Shown here: positions 1 through 11,437 of the stretch, in pieces
Position numbering within the stretch: the first letter of the stretch is position 1
How the letters are laid out: each line of letters opens with the position of its first letter
Assembly: GCA_024704765.1 (NCBI GenBank)
Contig: JAKMXF010000315.1
Location: 330,801 to 394,800, forward strand
DNA: 64,000 nucleotides
Direction: 5' to 3'
Source of the DNA: Oopsacas minuta
Lineage: Eukaryota > Animalia > Porifera
Translations under genes and position numbers: made by a program
Notes under the pieces: generated by a model
The model's database searches: none
The model's input: only the letters and a program-made list of their open reading frames with translations
What the model was told of the DNA's origin: nothing

Positions 1-2039
1 AGTCAAGCTGTACCTTTGGGCAAATGAAAGTTTGATAATCGCTTCGATATCTTTAATCTCCCCAAACTTTTCTATTGCCTCTGTAATTTCCCTATTAATA
101 GGTAAGCCCTGAATAATCTATTCACGGTCAATGAGGTATGAATGAGTTAGCATCTCCTGCCTTGAAAATATTGCTGCTATTTTCCCATCTAACATTACCA
201 TATTATGTCAACATTGATAACTCCATTACACACATTTATACCTTGTTCCTTCATAACTTATGTGTCAGGATTGATGAATTGATTCATGAATTCCCGAATG
301 TTTTCCTCACTCTCTCTTTAGCTGCTCAAAGAAAAACTGGCCTTTTAGAGAAAGGAGAGCTCTTTTTCCAGATCACCCTACCTGATTCTGCAATGATGTC
401 TTTTGGTTTAAAGTAAATATGATATAGCTTTTAGGATCTGTTTCGTTCTCTTTTGGTTATACGTTATGTGACTTTTGACACATCTAATCCATCAGTTAAT
501 TTGAGAGTTAGTGGATAATCGTCAACAGATAGCGAGTTAATTGAGTCTACCTTTCGTTCAGCTGTTTGCTTAACAAATTTGATATATGATATATACCCCT
601 CTAATTGGCTTACTAATTTCAGGATGCAATATAATTATAGGTCGTTAGATTAATGAACCCCTGATGTCTGCAACATATTTATATTCACCAAGATTGACTC
701 CATTATGAAGCAATAACTGTCGAAACTGAGTATATTTTCTTCTTCATTTTTCCACAAGGTGTACAACGAATACTGATTTATCTTTGGGAATATATATTGT
801 TTGTCTCGATCACTGAAGTTTCCTTTATAAGCAATTGATTTTGATAAACTAGCAACTGTGCGATTGTTCTCTTCATTGGCCAGTAGTTGTAATGCAAGAG
901 ATGCAATTGTGATGGAAGAAGTGTGCTCACGTTCGGACACTAATCTGATGACCTCTAGAACAGCTTTTGACTTACGAGTTGTTGCTAAGTGAAGAGATAG
1001 AAGATCCTTACTCATAGTAACAATATATTCGGAGTTATCCTCTAAAATTTCAGTAAGACGACGCTTCTTTTGTGAAGGTTGCCAGGGAATCGCTTCATTT
1101 CCCAACAACAGTAATCCAATATTATAGATTTTACAGTTTTTTTTGGATTGTTATATTTGAATCTACTCTTTTCAAAAGTGAACATACATTGGCATTTTTG
1201 CCCTCACCTTAACCAAGAACTTCAACCACTTCATTGTTACATGTTTGAATTCAAAGAGATGTCTTGTTAGGATGAGTGCTAAGTAGTGTCTGGTTTTAGG
1301 AAGAGAAGTTCCTGAATTACACTGAGCTATTTATTATAGTAATTATGTATATATTCGTTGCCATGGAGTTGTATGTCTTGTCTATTAACAGTTAACGAGA
1401 ACAAATATGCTAGATAATGCAGCTCAGTTTTATAATTGGTATTGCTTTGTCTGAAAGTAAGATACTAATGTGCTTCAATTCACTAGAACAATTCAGTGGC
1501 TATTTAGTGTTTCCTAGCAACGAAAAGTGGACATTAGAATGTACAACATGAAATACTCTTTAGCCACTTTGCGGACGCCCAAAATTAGATGTGCTCTTTA
1601 AATTCAATTGAAATTGTTTGTATATTATTTCTTATCAGTAAAATGTGGTTTTCAGATTGTGTCCTTTAATGAGTTCTATTTATGAGATTCATTCTTTAAT
1701 ACTTTTCTCCACTTAGGATTGAGAACAAGTCATCATTTTGAGCCATATGATGTTTTTAGTAAATTCCAAATATTCGCTAATTGCATCCAAGATATTACAT
1801 TACAATACAATTAAACGTTTCTAAGAAATAAGAATTGATGTTATTTTAGGTTTAACACAAACTTATATCTTTTGCTTATTTGGCTTCACATGCTATGATG
1901 ATTTCTTGTTAATAATTTGACCTAGATCAAATCATAATTTCAAAATACACTCTCAATATTTTCTCAATTTCATTACACTTAAAATTTTACAATTCTACCA
2001 TATTCGTTTTTAGGCTATTTCTTGCGATAAACCGCTGTG
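1..2039 (-). mobile_element. Transib/RAG1-like DNA transposon, copy 1 (pseudogenised; 3' part lies outside the window)
   Basis: Minus-strand translation across frameshifts gives GLD..SHITYNQ (first catalytic D region, ~445-495), PFSKRPVFL.AAKESEENI (~315-370) and MLDGKIAAI (~170-200). ORF 650-1108 (SKAVLEVIRLVSEREHTSSITIASLALQLLAN) aligns by eye with the N-terminal half of copy 2 (SKLKALLDVIAAIA). The right end at 2039 reads CACAGCGGTTTATCGCAAG on the minus strand. Confidence 0.8.
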
Positions 2040-2050
2040 TACGGTGCCTA

Positions 2051-2077
2051 CACAGTGGTATATGGCAAGACATAGTC
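2051..2077 (+). repeat. Orphan Transib-type terminal inverted repeat starting with a perfect CACAGTG heptamer
   Basis: CACAGTGGTATATGGCAAGACATAGTC matches the copy-1 end (reverse complement of 2013-2039) at 22/27 positions, in opposite orientation and 11 bp away. Confidence 0.75.
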
Positions 2078-2189
2078 TTTTGATTCAATTAGATTTCATA
2101 TTCTCATATTAGACTTTGTTCATATATTATAAGTAAAAGTAACAATTGGTTGAACCAGAAAATATTACTTCAACGTTAATTCGAATCCT

Positions 2190-2520
2190 TCTTACTACAT
2201 GGAAATAATCAATGTTAGTACACCCTTGAAAGTCATCCGTTTAAATGATCATCTCTCAATACCATTAAGGGATCTTACACGATCAGCGTTTCATTTATTT
2301 ACCTCGTGTAGTGTCTTGGATATCAAGATCCTAGCAGTTCTTGCTTGGCAATTCGGGTAAATTGAGTAACCAAAAGTATGCTAGTTTGAAAACTGACTTA
2401 TTGGAACATCATTCTGGACTCTATCGTATGATGGCTGGTTCGAATTTTCATATTTTTACATTCAAATTCTTTAATCCGAGGGTCTTCTTAAGTTCTCTAA
2501 CATCCTAATAATGTAGTCTG
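2190..2520 (+). pseudogene. P-element/THAP9-like transposase fragment
   Basis: Translates KTDLLEHHSGLYRMMAGSNFHI, matching QNDPLEHHFGLYRMMSGAQYHI of the P-like element at 26.8 kb. Flanking frames (INVSTPLK; KFSNIL) also align. Confidence 0.6.
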
Positions 2521-4710
2521 GCCTACTGAACTTTTCTCAATACATACATACATTTGTCAAAGCTTTTACTTCACCTTCTATTACTTCTAGTGATGACCAA
2601 TTAGTTATTGAGCCTTATCTTGATGGAAATGCTGTTATATTCTCAATTGTATACACTCAGAATATACCTCAGTCTTAAGCTTTATAGGTTGATATTAGGT
2701 CTATAAATTCTTGAAAGGGTTTCAGGGTGTATATTGTGCACTGATACACTAAATAATCAAATATCTATCTGCTTCAAAGAATTTCAAATGGAATTTCAAT
2801 ATTTTGTGCAAAACCATATAGAGATATTTGATAATCATTGATATAACATTTGGATTTGATATTTTTGACAATTAGCATAATTCTCCTGTACTTTTACTGT
2901 TAGGCCTTGTTTTAATAGGCTATGGATAGAGATGCTACGTATATTGCTAATGATAAATAGACTATGTTAATTTTATTCAATTGTATATTGCATTCTTTGA
3001 ATTTTTTGGCCCGTCTCCCCAATGAATGACCTGAAATGTTTTTCGATATGTTAAATATTTGACCAATGATAGTAACAATATATTTTGATATTTAATTGTC
3101 ATATTTGTTAAACAAGAGATGATACACACTAAACCATACAAAATTTCATAAATTTAATTTTCGGAGGGAAAATCTCGACAGCCAGTATTAGAGGACAAAA
3201 AACTTCATTATTCGCCTATTAATTTTGGTATCGTTTGAAATATTGACTTATAAAAATTATATATTCTTATATGTACTACTAAAATACGATGATAACACAA
3301 ATGCGTAAGAATTTACAGTTCGAAAATAATTTTTCAATTATTGAAAATATTTTTTTGAGATGTTGTAGTTTTGGATTTATATTTTCCTACTAATTCAGAT
3401 ATGGATATTCCCAAAAATATATCCAAATCAGATTTTGGGGATATACCTACCTCTGCATGTTGCCAAGCACTGTGAGTCAATGGTCGGAAACCGATGTGGA
3501 GAAAATCCTGAATTATTGAAGGCGATTTCCATTCGACAAAGAGTTGATTTGATAAATCAGATTGTCCAGAAATTGATGGGATAGAACTTACAGCAACGAC
3601 TATGATATTCCTCACATTTCTTACACATTATGATACAATTTGTCCCTGTTCGCCTCAGGATTGTTACCGTGGACCAGTTTACTTATCTTTACCCAATAGA
3701 TTTTGGATTCCTAGGATAAGAAATAATAGTAGCGTCTGGGAAAAGCAATTTGATAATACCAATGGACTTTAAAGCAAATATATACTGCTTTAACTAGCCT
3801 GACAAAAACAAGCCTAAAATAGGACTCAATGTTATACCTGCCTGCAAGAATCGATTGAACTTGTATATTTGCCACAATTATTGTTATATTCATTTGAATC
3901 CCCTTTGGTCCAATAAAGGGGCCAACTTTGAAAAATATCGTATTCTGAAATTTCAGTAAATTTCAACCTCACTTCCTTAAACGTGAATTATCGCATAAAA
4001 GCTCCGAAATTGTATTAAAATCAACAGTAAGAGAATCTATTTTGAACCAGATTCATGGAATAGGACCGGTTAGACAAAATCTGATTATTCAGTGACTTCT
4101 AATCTTACAAGATGTACAAAATTGCATCGTGCTTGTTGAATTATCTATGCAACATTGATACAAGAAGTTTCTTGTTGCATGAGAATAGGAACATGTTCTA
4201 TTTACTGTAACAATGTTGCTTGAAAACGTAATTTTATTTGCAAAATTTTTTATAGTATATGCTGCCTTGTATGCCAAAGTTGCATCATGTATAGTGGCCT
4301 TATCAAACTAAGTCCAGAAGTTATATACTAATTAGTGATATTCTGTACCTTGATCTTTGTTTTTGTTATACTTGAAGGATAAACAATAATTTCTATAATC
4401 AATGGAATAACTGAATGAAGACCTATTGATAATCAGGTGACGTTATCTATTTGAGTTGGATTTACTTTGGAATTGGAAATACCAAATGAGGGAAAGAGAA
4501 TTGTTATTCAAAGTTTGAAATTTTCGGCTTACGGATAATTAGTGTTTAGTAACAATTAACAGAGAAATTATTGTAGGCGTATACGTACAATTTGTTCTTG
4601 TTAGTAATAACACGTATTCAAGTCTTAAATTTGCTAATTCTTGAAATTATTATCGTTTTTACTAGTTATAAATATTTTTCTACAAATTTTGAACACATAA
4701 TCTATCTACA

Positions 4711-4822
4711 CGAAAAAGTATCAAAATACAACGAGAAGCCACCCAAACAACACATTATAGTATCCAGGCGAAAAATATCAAAATATAACGAGAAGACACT
4801 CAAGCAACACATTATAGCTTCC
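4711..4822. repeat. Imperfect tandem duplication, ~58-bp unit x2
   Basis: CGAAAAA(G)TATCAAAATA(C/T)AACGAGAAG...CAACACATTATAG occurs at 4711 and again at 4769. Confidence 0.85.
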
Positions 4823-5289
4823 TTTGCAAAGGTTTTCAGAACCCAAATGTTAAATCACGAACGCTACACTTTCGGAGGACAGATATAAGATTGATGTAAA
4901 CAAGGATATGTATTTGAATTCGCAGCTAATCTCTTCTTCGCATATTTACAAGATTTATCATATGATTGATGAAATTGACACCTTTGGCTTATACTTTGAA
5001 TTATGTCAATAATCTTACTATTTCTTATTGATGATTTTGTTCATTTGTTAGAAACTTAATACAGTTGCCCGAGCTGCACTACTTATCTGTCCTCCAGACG
5101 TTTCATTCTATTATTGTAATTTACAATATTAGAAAATTATAATATCAATTTTGATGATTGTTCCTAATACCCACGATCATCCAATATGCTTCAAAATTTC
5201 CAAAACCAAATCTGAATATTCTGTTGTACCTGTTAATTATTATGATAAGTAAATCGTAAGATTTTTCCCTTTCTGAATATTTTGATGCT

Positions 5290-5894
5290 GAATACCTCTT
5301 AGATTGCCCAAACGATCACTAGCTTTCGCTGGTTTTGGGGATCTCGCTAGAAATATTCTTCAAATTGACCGGGAGAAGGTCATCAAAATATGGTGGGATA
5401 CACAAGATCCCCACTTAAATGCAAGAGTTGCACGCGCATCTTATGTATAGCCGCCTTTGAAATTGGGGTCAATATAAGTATACCGCTTCAGCATTTGTAA
5501 CATTATCAGATGGTTGCTCGGTGTTAATGTACTCATTGATGCAGTTACCCACATTTTGATATTGATAGTCACTGTGAACAGTATAATCCGAAGTAGTCGC
5601 TACACCTCGTCTTTTGATAACTCGAACTGGTGATAGTAGGCGAATATTTGAGACAGTATATACCTTTCGCCATTCAACGCGATTGGTTGTATGCACCAGC
5701 TGGCCTGAAACGAGGTTTATGTCTCTGGTCACCAAGCTTAAAAGGGCTAGCAAGATGAACACTAGATAGTCCTCTCTTGGATAATATTCCAACATCTGTA
5801 AGTGGAGGAATTCAATGGCCAAGCTCCGATGCTCCATAAGCCAGGAATGTTCAGTCTGAAAAATACCGCCACGTCCTGACGCATCATTGTCCAT
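5290..5894 (-). pseudogene. Decayed ORF of unknown function
   Basis: 141-aa ORF 5469-5894 has protein-like composition and is GC-richer than its flanks. Coding-like sequence appears to continue past a frameshift towards ~5290. No family recognised. Confidence 0.45.
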
Positions 5895-6119
5895 AGAATG
5901 GGGGAGTCATTTTGATCAATGAAAAACCAAAATCCTTAAATTTTCTAAAATGTCTCTTCTCAGGAGCGGAGGAGATGAAGAGCATTTCGAACACGGCTGC
6001 CTCTAGTATTTCTAGTACATGATTCGAAATCAAGCAAAGCAACCTTCTATTGTAATCCTCATGGCGGCAGTATAGCCATTCTATAAATTCCCGTGCTCAG
6101 TGATATATTTGTTGGATAA

Positions 6120-7409
6120 ACATTTCCCTTAGGATATAAGCTCGACAATAGTTATTATTATACCCTGAATTTTGGCTATTGAGCTTTAAACTAAAGAATA
6201 TTTGTTTTATGTGTCAGATTTTGAGAATGAGTTAGCATTTGAAAATTATGACATCATATTTCTTATTTCCAATAATATTCAATTCTGGTCTGATCAATAC
6301 CCAAATTCTAGATTCTCTAAGCAGTCAATCGCATTGCTATCTCAAAAAGGGAACATTAAAATGTCACTACTCAAATGAATTTCTTGAATCCACAAATTGG
6401 CGAACTCATGTCCACTGGCTTCGAGTATGAAAGTAGTTATGTAACTATTGAAATTATGGTCTCAATGTTAGATGGTAAAATGCGTTCTTTCTGATCATCT
6501 CCATTTTATAACAGCGCTCTCCCTATACCTCAAAAAGACGTTAAAATCTTAAGTTTTTGTTTAGAAATAGTTTTTTTTCTTCTTCGTGTAACTAATTCCC
6601 CTAAGAACTTCTATGTTAGTGACTCCAAGGCATTATATGAAGAAACATATTCCTTTCTGTTAAAGCATTACCCGTAGGTTTTGTAAGAAATGTGGAGAGT
6701 TGGGACATCAACAGATTGATTATATTGTCAAACACTTGTTATAAGTCACTGATAATGTTTATCCAAATGTAGTAACATTATGATAAGTTAGATTGTACTT
6801 TGTGTATCATGTGAATACTGTTGAGTTAAACATTATCTCAACATTTTAGCTTGATATACCATAGTAACCAAAAGTATAGAATGGACTGTTGGTATTATTT
6901 TGATTTCGCTAAACTTCGCTGAACAATGTTTGATAGACTGATTTTATTCGATACTGTGTCATGAGTGTAATATCCTTTATAGTGCGAGAAATTGCAAGAG
7001 ACTTATGTTCACAACAAAATTTGTTCGCAGTTTTTACTTTATATGACCCATAATTATGCTGTATGATCACAAAGTTTAAGTATAGAAAACTAAATATAAT
7101 TCACATAAATTGGGTTTGAGTTGTAAAAATAACATTAGAACTACACCCAGCATATGTTTGATAATTTTTGAAGGTTGAAATTATATTTATAGTTATTTAA
7201 GTTGGGTGAACAAAATATGATTTCAAAAGTCCCGAAATTAACATAATTTGGTTGGACTTTGAGCTAGTACAACACTTATGTATTTTGATTCTGATACAAA
7301 GCTATTATAGATTTGGATACACCTACATATTTCTAATCATCCTCAATATATAAATTGACCTGATTTAAATATAAAAATTCCTCCTACTTGAAGCGAATAA
7401 CCCACCGTG
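6120..7409 (+). mobile_element. Transib/RAG1-like transposon, copy 3 (internally deleted relic)
   Basis: FWSDQYPNSRFSKQSIALLSQK (~6280-6350) and VSMLDGKMRS (~6460-6490), then after only ~190 bp RFCKKCGELGHQQIDY (6676-6723). Candidate 3' end at 7409 reads CACGGTGGGTTATTCGC on the minus strand. The 5' end is unresolved. Confidence 0.7.
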
Positions 7410-8567
7410 CCCGTGTTGCTCGCGATCGTATCGATGCAGAGATCGGCAAGATGGGGAACGACATCCGTCCACCTCTGGAGAAATTGAGTACCTTATGTCC
7501 CATTTGAGTCGGGAATTTCTAACAACTTTTCTGCATCCTTATCTGAAAGAATTACTGCCATTCTGTCATTTTTTCCACCTTTCCAATCTGGTAGCATCTT
7601 CCCATCAAGAGAGCTATGAGAAGGACTGTCGGACAGAAAATCTCTTTATACTGGCTCCGATCGGCTGTTTTAATATTTGAGAGCTTTATTCAATGTGCTA
7701 GTAGATCCAGCGACTTAATCGCAGGATTCTCGTCTTTTGATCTTTTCGCCATAATTATCTTCAAAGTTGGTATGGTGTATATATTTTTCCAATTTCATCT
7801 TGTGTAATAACGTCGGATATTTATATACTTTCCACGCAAAAGAAACAATTTGAATCAATTACTTCAATTTCAATTCATAAATTAATACAATACAATAAAT
7901 TCATTCCATTTAGTTCCTTCAGTTCCCAATAGGTATGGATTTACTTCATTCTTGGAAAATGTAGAAATTGTCTGATTTTACTAATATTTCCATTTCATTA
8001 TGCTCCTTATAGGTCTGTATGTTATCGGATTGGTATAAACTTCGCAATCTATCTTTCTTAGTTAGCCTCACAAGTTGAGAGTTTATACATTGTAAGATTC
8101 AAAAATCTTTTTCAGAACACCCTATTTTTGAATTAACTGGTGAAAATTATCAAACATGTGCTATCAATGGTCACTACTAAAACTCTAGGACTTGCGAACT
8201 TCAACATGACAAATTTTGTTGTAGGTACTGCGGTACAATTATTGTAGGTTGCTTGAAGCTAAAAATCAGCCCCAAGTTTTTCCAATCTCTTTGGGAGTTT
8301 CCCTTCTTGGATTCTATTAGTCAGTTGCAGAGTCAACTATATTTATATTGGCGGAGCTAGCGGAATGCAAAAGGTTGCTGGCAAACGTGGGCTACTGTTA
8401 GGGACTCCAATTGCAACCCATGATTCCTGGGGATGCATGCAATTTGTGAATTTTTAGGGTTCCCGCCACCCCTGTGACAACTTCACAGAGTGGATGGTTA
8501 GCTAAGTCTCAGTGTATACATTTATTCATAACTTCTTGATCAGAATTATTTCATGTTCTTTTTATAG

Positions 8568-9443
8568 GTGACAGATCAAATAATCATTGAAGATAATTTT
8601 ACAAATATGCCCACAGAGATTTTGCCAAAGCCACAAGTAAGTATCAGCGAATGTCTTGATTGTTTTCAAACCCCTCATATTATTTCCGATTTTCTATCAC
8701 CGGTTAATCACAAATATGGTAATGCATCCAAGACCTCTACATTTTCAACTTTCCCCGAATACTTATTTATTCATTTCGGTAAATTCTATTTAGGAGACGA
8801 TTGGATGCCCAAAAAACTAGATATTGAAATTTTAGGGACAGAAAACGTTTTAGATATCGAATTTCTACGCTCTCCAAATATAATCACCAAAGAGACTATA
8901 ATGCCAAGCGATGTAAGCGATGTTAATTTAGAAATACTTACCAAATTGTTAGAGGTCGGTTGCGATGAAACATTATCCCGGAAAGCCTTGTCAATGTTTA
9001 AAAATGATTTTGAATCAGCACTTTCGTGGGTCTTAAATCCAGAATCCTCATTCAAAATTGAGGAAGAGCCAGAGAACAGTTTAATTGAATCATTGGTTGA
9101 CTTTGGATTTACCCATGCTCAGTCCGTATATGCTCTAAGAAAGACTGGTAATAATGTAGAAAGAGCTGTTGATTATTTGTTTTCACACACTGAAGAAGTT
9201 TCTTCGATGTTATCTTCAGATAATCTACCAAAAATCGATATCGCTGATGGAACAGGACATTATACTTTAGTATCTATAATTTCGCATATCGGTTCTTCAT
9301 CTATGAGTGGCCATTATGTTGCTCATATCCTTAAAGAAGGTAAATGGGTTTTATTTAATGACGATAAAGTTACCGAATCAAAGAGTCCTCCATTTAAACT
9401 AGGTTACCTTTATCTTTACAAACGCTATTGTGACAAAAAGTAG
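8568..9443 (+). CDS. USP5: Ubiquitin carboxyl-terminal hydrolase 5/13 (isopeptidase T, Ubp14-type), terminal coding exon
   Basis: Pyrimidine tract plus AG at 8566-8567, then an open frame with the USP5-type segment CLDCF...DFLSP...FSTFPEYLFIHFGKF...DWMPKKLD, two UBA domains and the His box SGHYVAHILKEGKWVLFNDDKV, ending at TAG 9441-9443. The upstream Cys-box and ZnF-UBP exons were not found in the window. USP5 and USP13 cannot be distinguished. Confidence 0.93.
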   Translation: MTDQIIIEDNFTNMPTEILPKPQVSISECLDCFQTPHIISDFLSPVNHKYGNASKTSTFSTFPEYLFIHFGKFYLGDDWMPKKLDIEILGTENVLDIEFLRSPNIITKETIMPSDVSDVNLEILTKLLEVGCDETLSRKALSMFKNDFESALSWVLNPESSFKIEEEPENSLIESLVDFGFTHAQSVYALRKTGNNVERAVDYLFSHTEEVSSMLSSDNLPKIDIADGTGHYTLVSIISHIGSSSMSGHYVAHILKEGKWVLFNDDKVTESKSPPFKLGYLYLYKRYCDKK

Positions 9444-9635
9444 GAATGGTGAATTGATCTCCAGATTTATTATTTCTCCGTGTAGCTAATGCTAGTCTGG
9501 ACGAAAAATTCTTCATGAGACAGATAACTACTATTTACATACCTATTCTTACTTACATACTTATTCTGATATTGTCCACAGATGTATTTGTCTTTTTGTG
9601 TTTAGATACATTTACACTATTGTTCTGCTATATTC

Positions 9636-9641
9636 AATAAA
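9636..9641 (+). promoter_or_regulatory. Candidate polyadenylation signal of the USP5-like gene
   Basis: AATAAA 193 bp after the stop codon, followed by T/G-rich sequence. Confidence 0.5.
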
Positions 9642-10008
9642 CTATTTATGTAATTGTTAGTCTATGTGAGTGAATTATTGAACTCTTGTAGATAGCCCAT
9701 ACATTTCTTTCTTGTGATGTGATATTCCAATTTTGTTCTTCAAAACTTTTATCTACGGAACTAGCGGGGACATGTGGATTTTGGGCCAGAGTTAGGTCAT
9801 CATATGTCAATTAGAAGTTATATGACTCTGCAATAAAAAGAAATTTTGTTGGTATTGTTTAAACACAGTTACTGACCAGGAATAATATCGTACTATTCAG
9901 TACCAGTGGCAGATATACAAAGATCAACAAATTGACAATTTTGAACGGATAAATTGAAAGTGCATTTATCTATCACGTATGGATTTATTTCCTTTGCAAC
10001 GCAGAATA

Positions 10009-10746
10009 CAGTGGAAGCCGCTTAATCGGGACAGCTCGGGAGTCAATGTTTTGTCCCGATTAACCGATTAACTGATTAATCGATTATGTTATTTAAGTAT
10101 TCAAAACTTGTTTTTCATTGTCACATGAACTAATATATCTTGTTTCTATACTACTAATCCTGATTGATCTAGAGTCTAGTAGAGATTTGATTGTGTATGG
10201 GTATAGTTCCGCTTCAAGAGGTCATAGAATGCGTTACGTTATATACTTAGAAAGTAAGATAATATAGTTTAAATAATAGTGCATGTGCTTATTACTGCAA
10301 CCCATAGAAACGTTTGGATACCCAACAATGTGCTCATTATTGAGGGAATGATACACGGTGGAATAACCAATGGAAACTGAGGCGAGTGAGCAATGTTAAT
10401 AATGTTAGTATAGTAAATGGTAATCGCATTGGTGTTGTATTGTTATGGTTGTAGATAATATTTAAATTCCTAGTTTTAGAACAAACCATTTTACAATGAT
10501 TCTGAATAAATATACAATCGTTAAATTTGGATAGAAATCCCAATTGAGCGAATACAATTAATATCCTGTTAATCGGGATAAGAAATCCTAAATAACCGAT
10601 TATAAACTTTCAAATATTCGGGATAAAAATCCCGATTAAATGTCCCAATTATCCCACGATTTTCTATGTAAAAACTGTTCCCAAACCATTGTCCCGTTTT
10701 AACGGATATCCCGATTATCTGAGTCCCCATTAAGCGGCTTCCACTG
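10009..10746. mobile_element. Non-autonomous pogo/Tigger-like MITE, copy 1
   Basis: TIRs CAGTGGAAGCCGCTTAAT at both ends, TA on both sides, subterminal CCCGATTA repeats and no transposase. A second copy lies at 59120-59870. Confidence 0.88.
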
Positions 10747-11437
10747 TATCTCATGAATTTGACAACTTTCCTGAGATAATCTATATTAAGCTTTCGTCCA
10801 GATTGCCATTCTTTAGTGCATTTGTCGCCACGCGACTGTGAAATACTCAGCAGCACATACCACAAATTATTAAAGGAAGAGATTCCATATATATATTGCT
10901 GATCTATAGTATACAGTTTAGTAAATGTCAAATTGTCTTATATGACCAGATAGTTGAAATCCTGCGAAACCATACTCAACTATTTATTTTGACAAGTAAC
11001 ACATCAACACAGCTATTCCACTCATGATATTTGCACAACTTACCGATTTCATTCATTCTTCTTTTTTTCAAATTATCCGGGTAGGCCTCGTTTCACAACC
11101 AAAGGCAGCACTTGGAATAGCATCTATATTAACAGGCTCCATACCCTAATTGAGATTATGCTGCAAAGATGTAAAGCCATAGTTCAAGCATAAAGAGGTT
11201 GTACTAAGTACTAACGACAAATTACTAAATAATACAACATTACGGTGAATATCAGTCATAGAGATAAGAATTTGGGGTAAATGAATTCTGAGCAATTCTT
11301 TTTGACCGGCATTGTAGTACAGTTTTTGCAATACAAAAACTTCATACCCTAATTTCAAAAGGTGACTTTCATTAATCCGACAAAGTGACCATTCCTCGAA
11401 GATGATAGGAAAGCTAATACATCAAAACTGTACTATA

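Noticed and set aside
3334-3615. ORF with GFRPLTHSAW, superficially kelch-like (possible RAG2L)
   Set aside because: Single weak motif with no repeats, no GG pattern and no PHD finger. The CACTGTG at 3468 has no extended TIR similarity.
5570-5576. CACTGTG heptamer
   Set aside because: Lies inside a coding-like frame, and adjacent bases do not match the TIR consensus; expected by chance.
10569-11358. Minus-strand ORFs that could be a gene convergent with USP5
   Set aside because: Part of the ORF is read-through into the MITE, and the remainder has no recognisable domain or clear splice structure.
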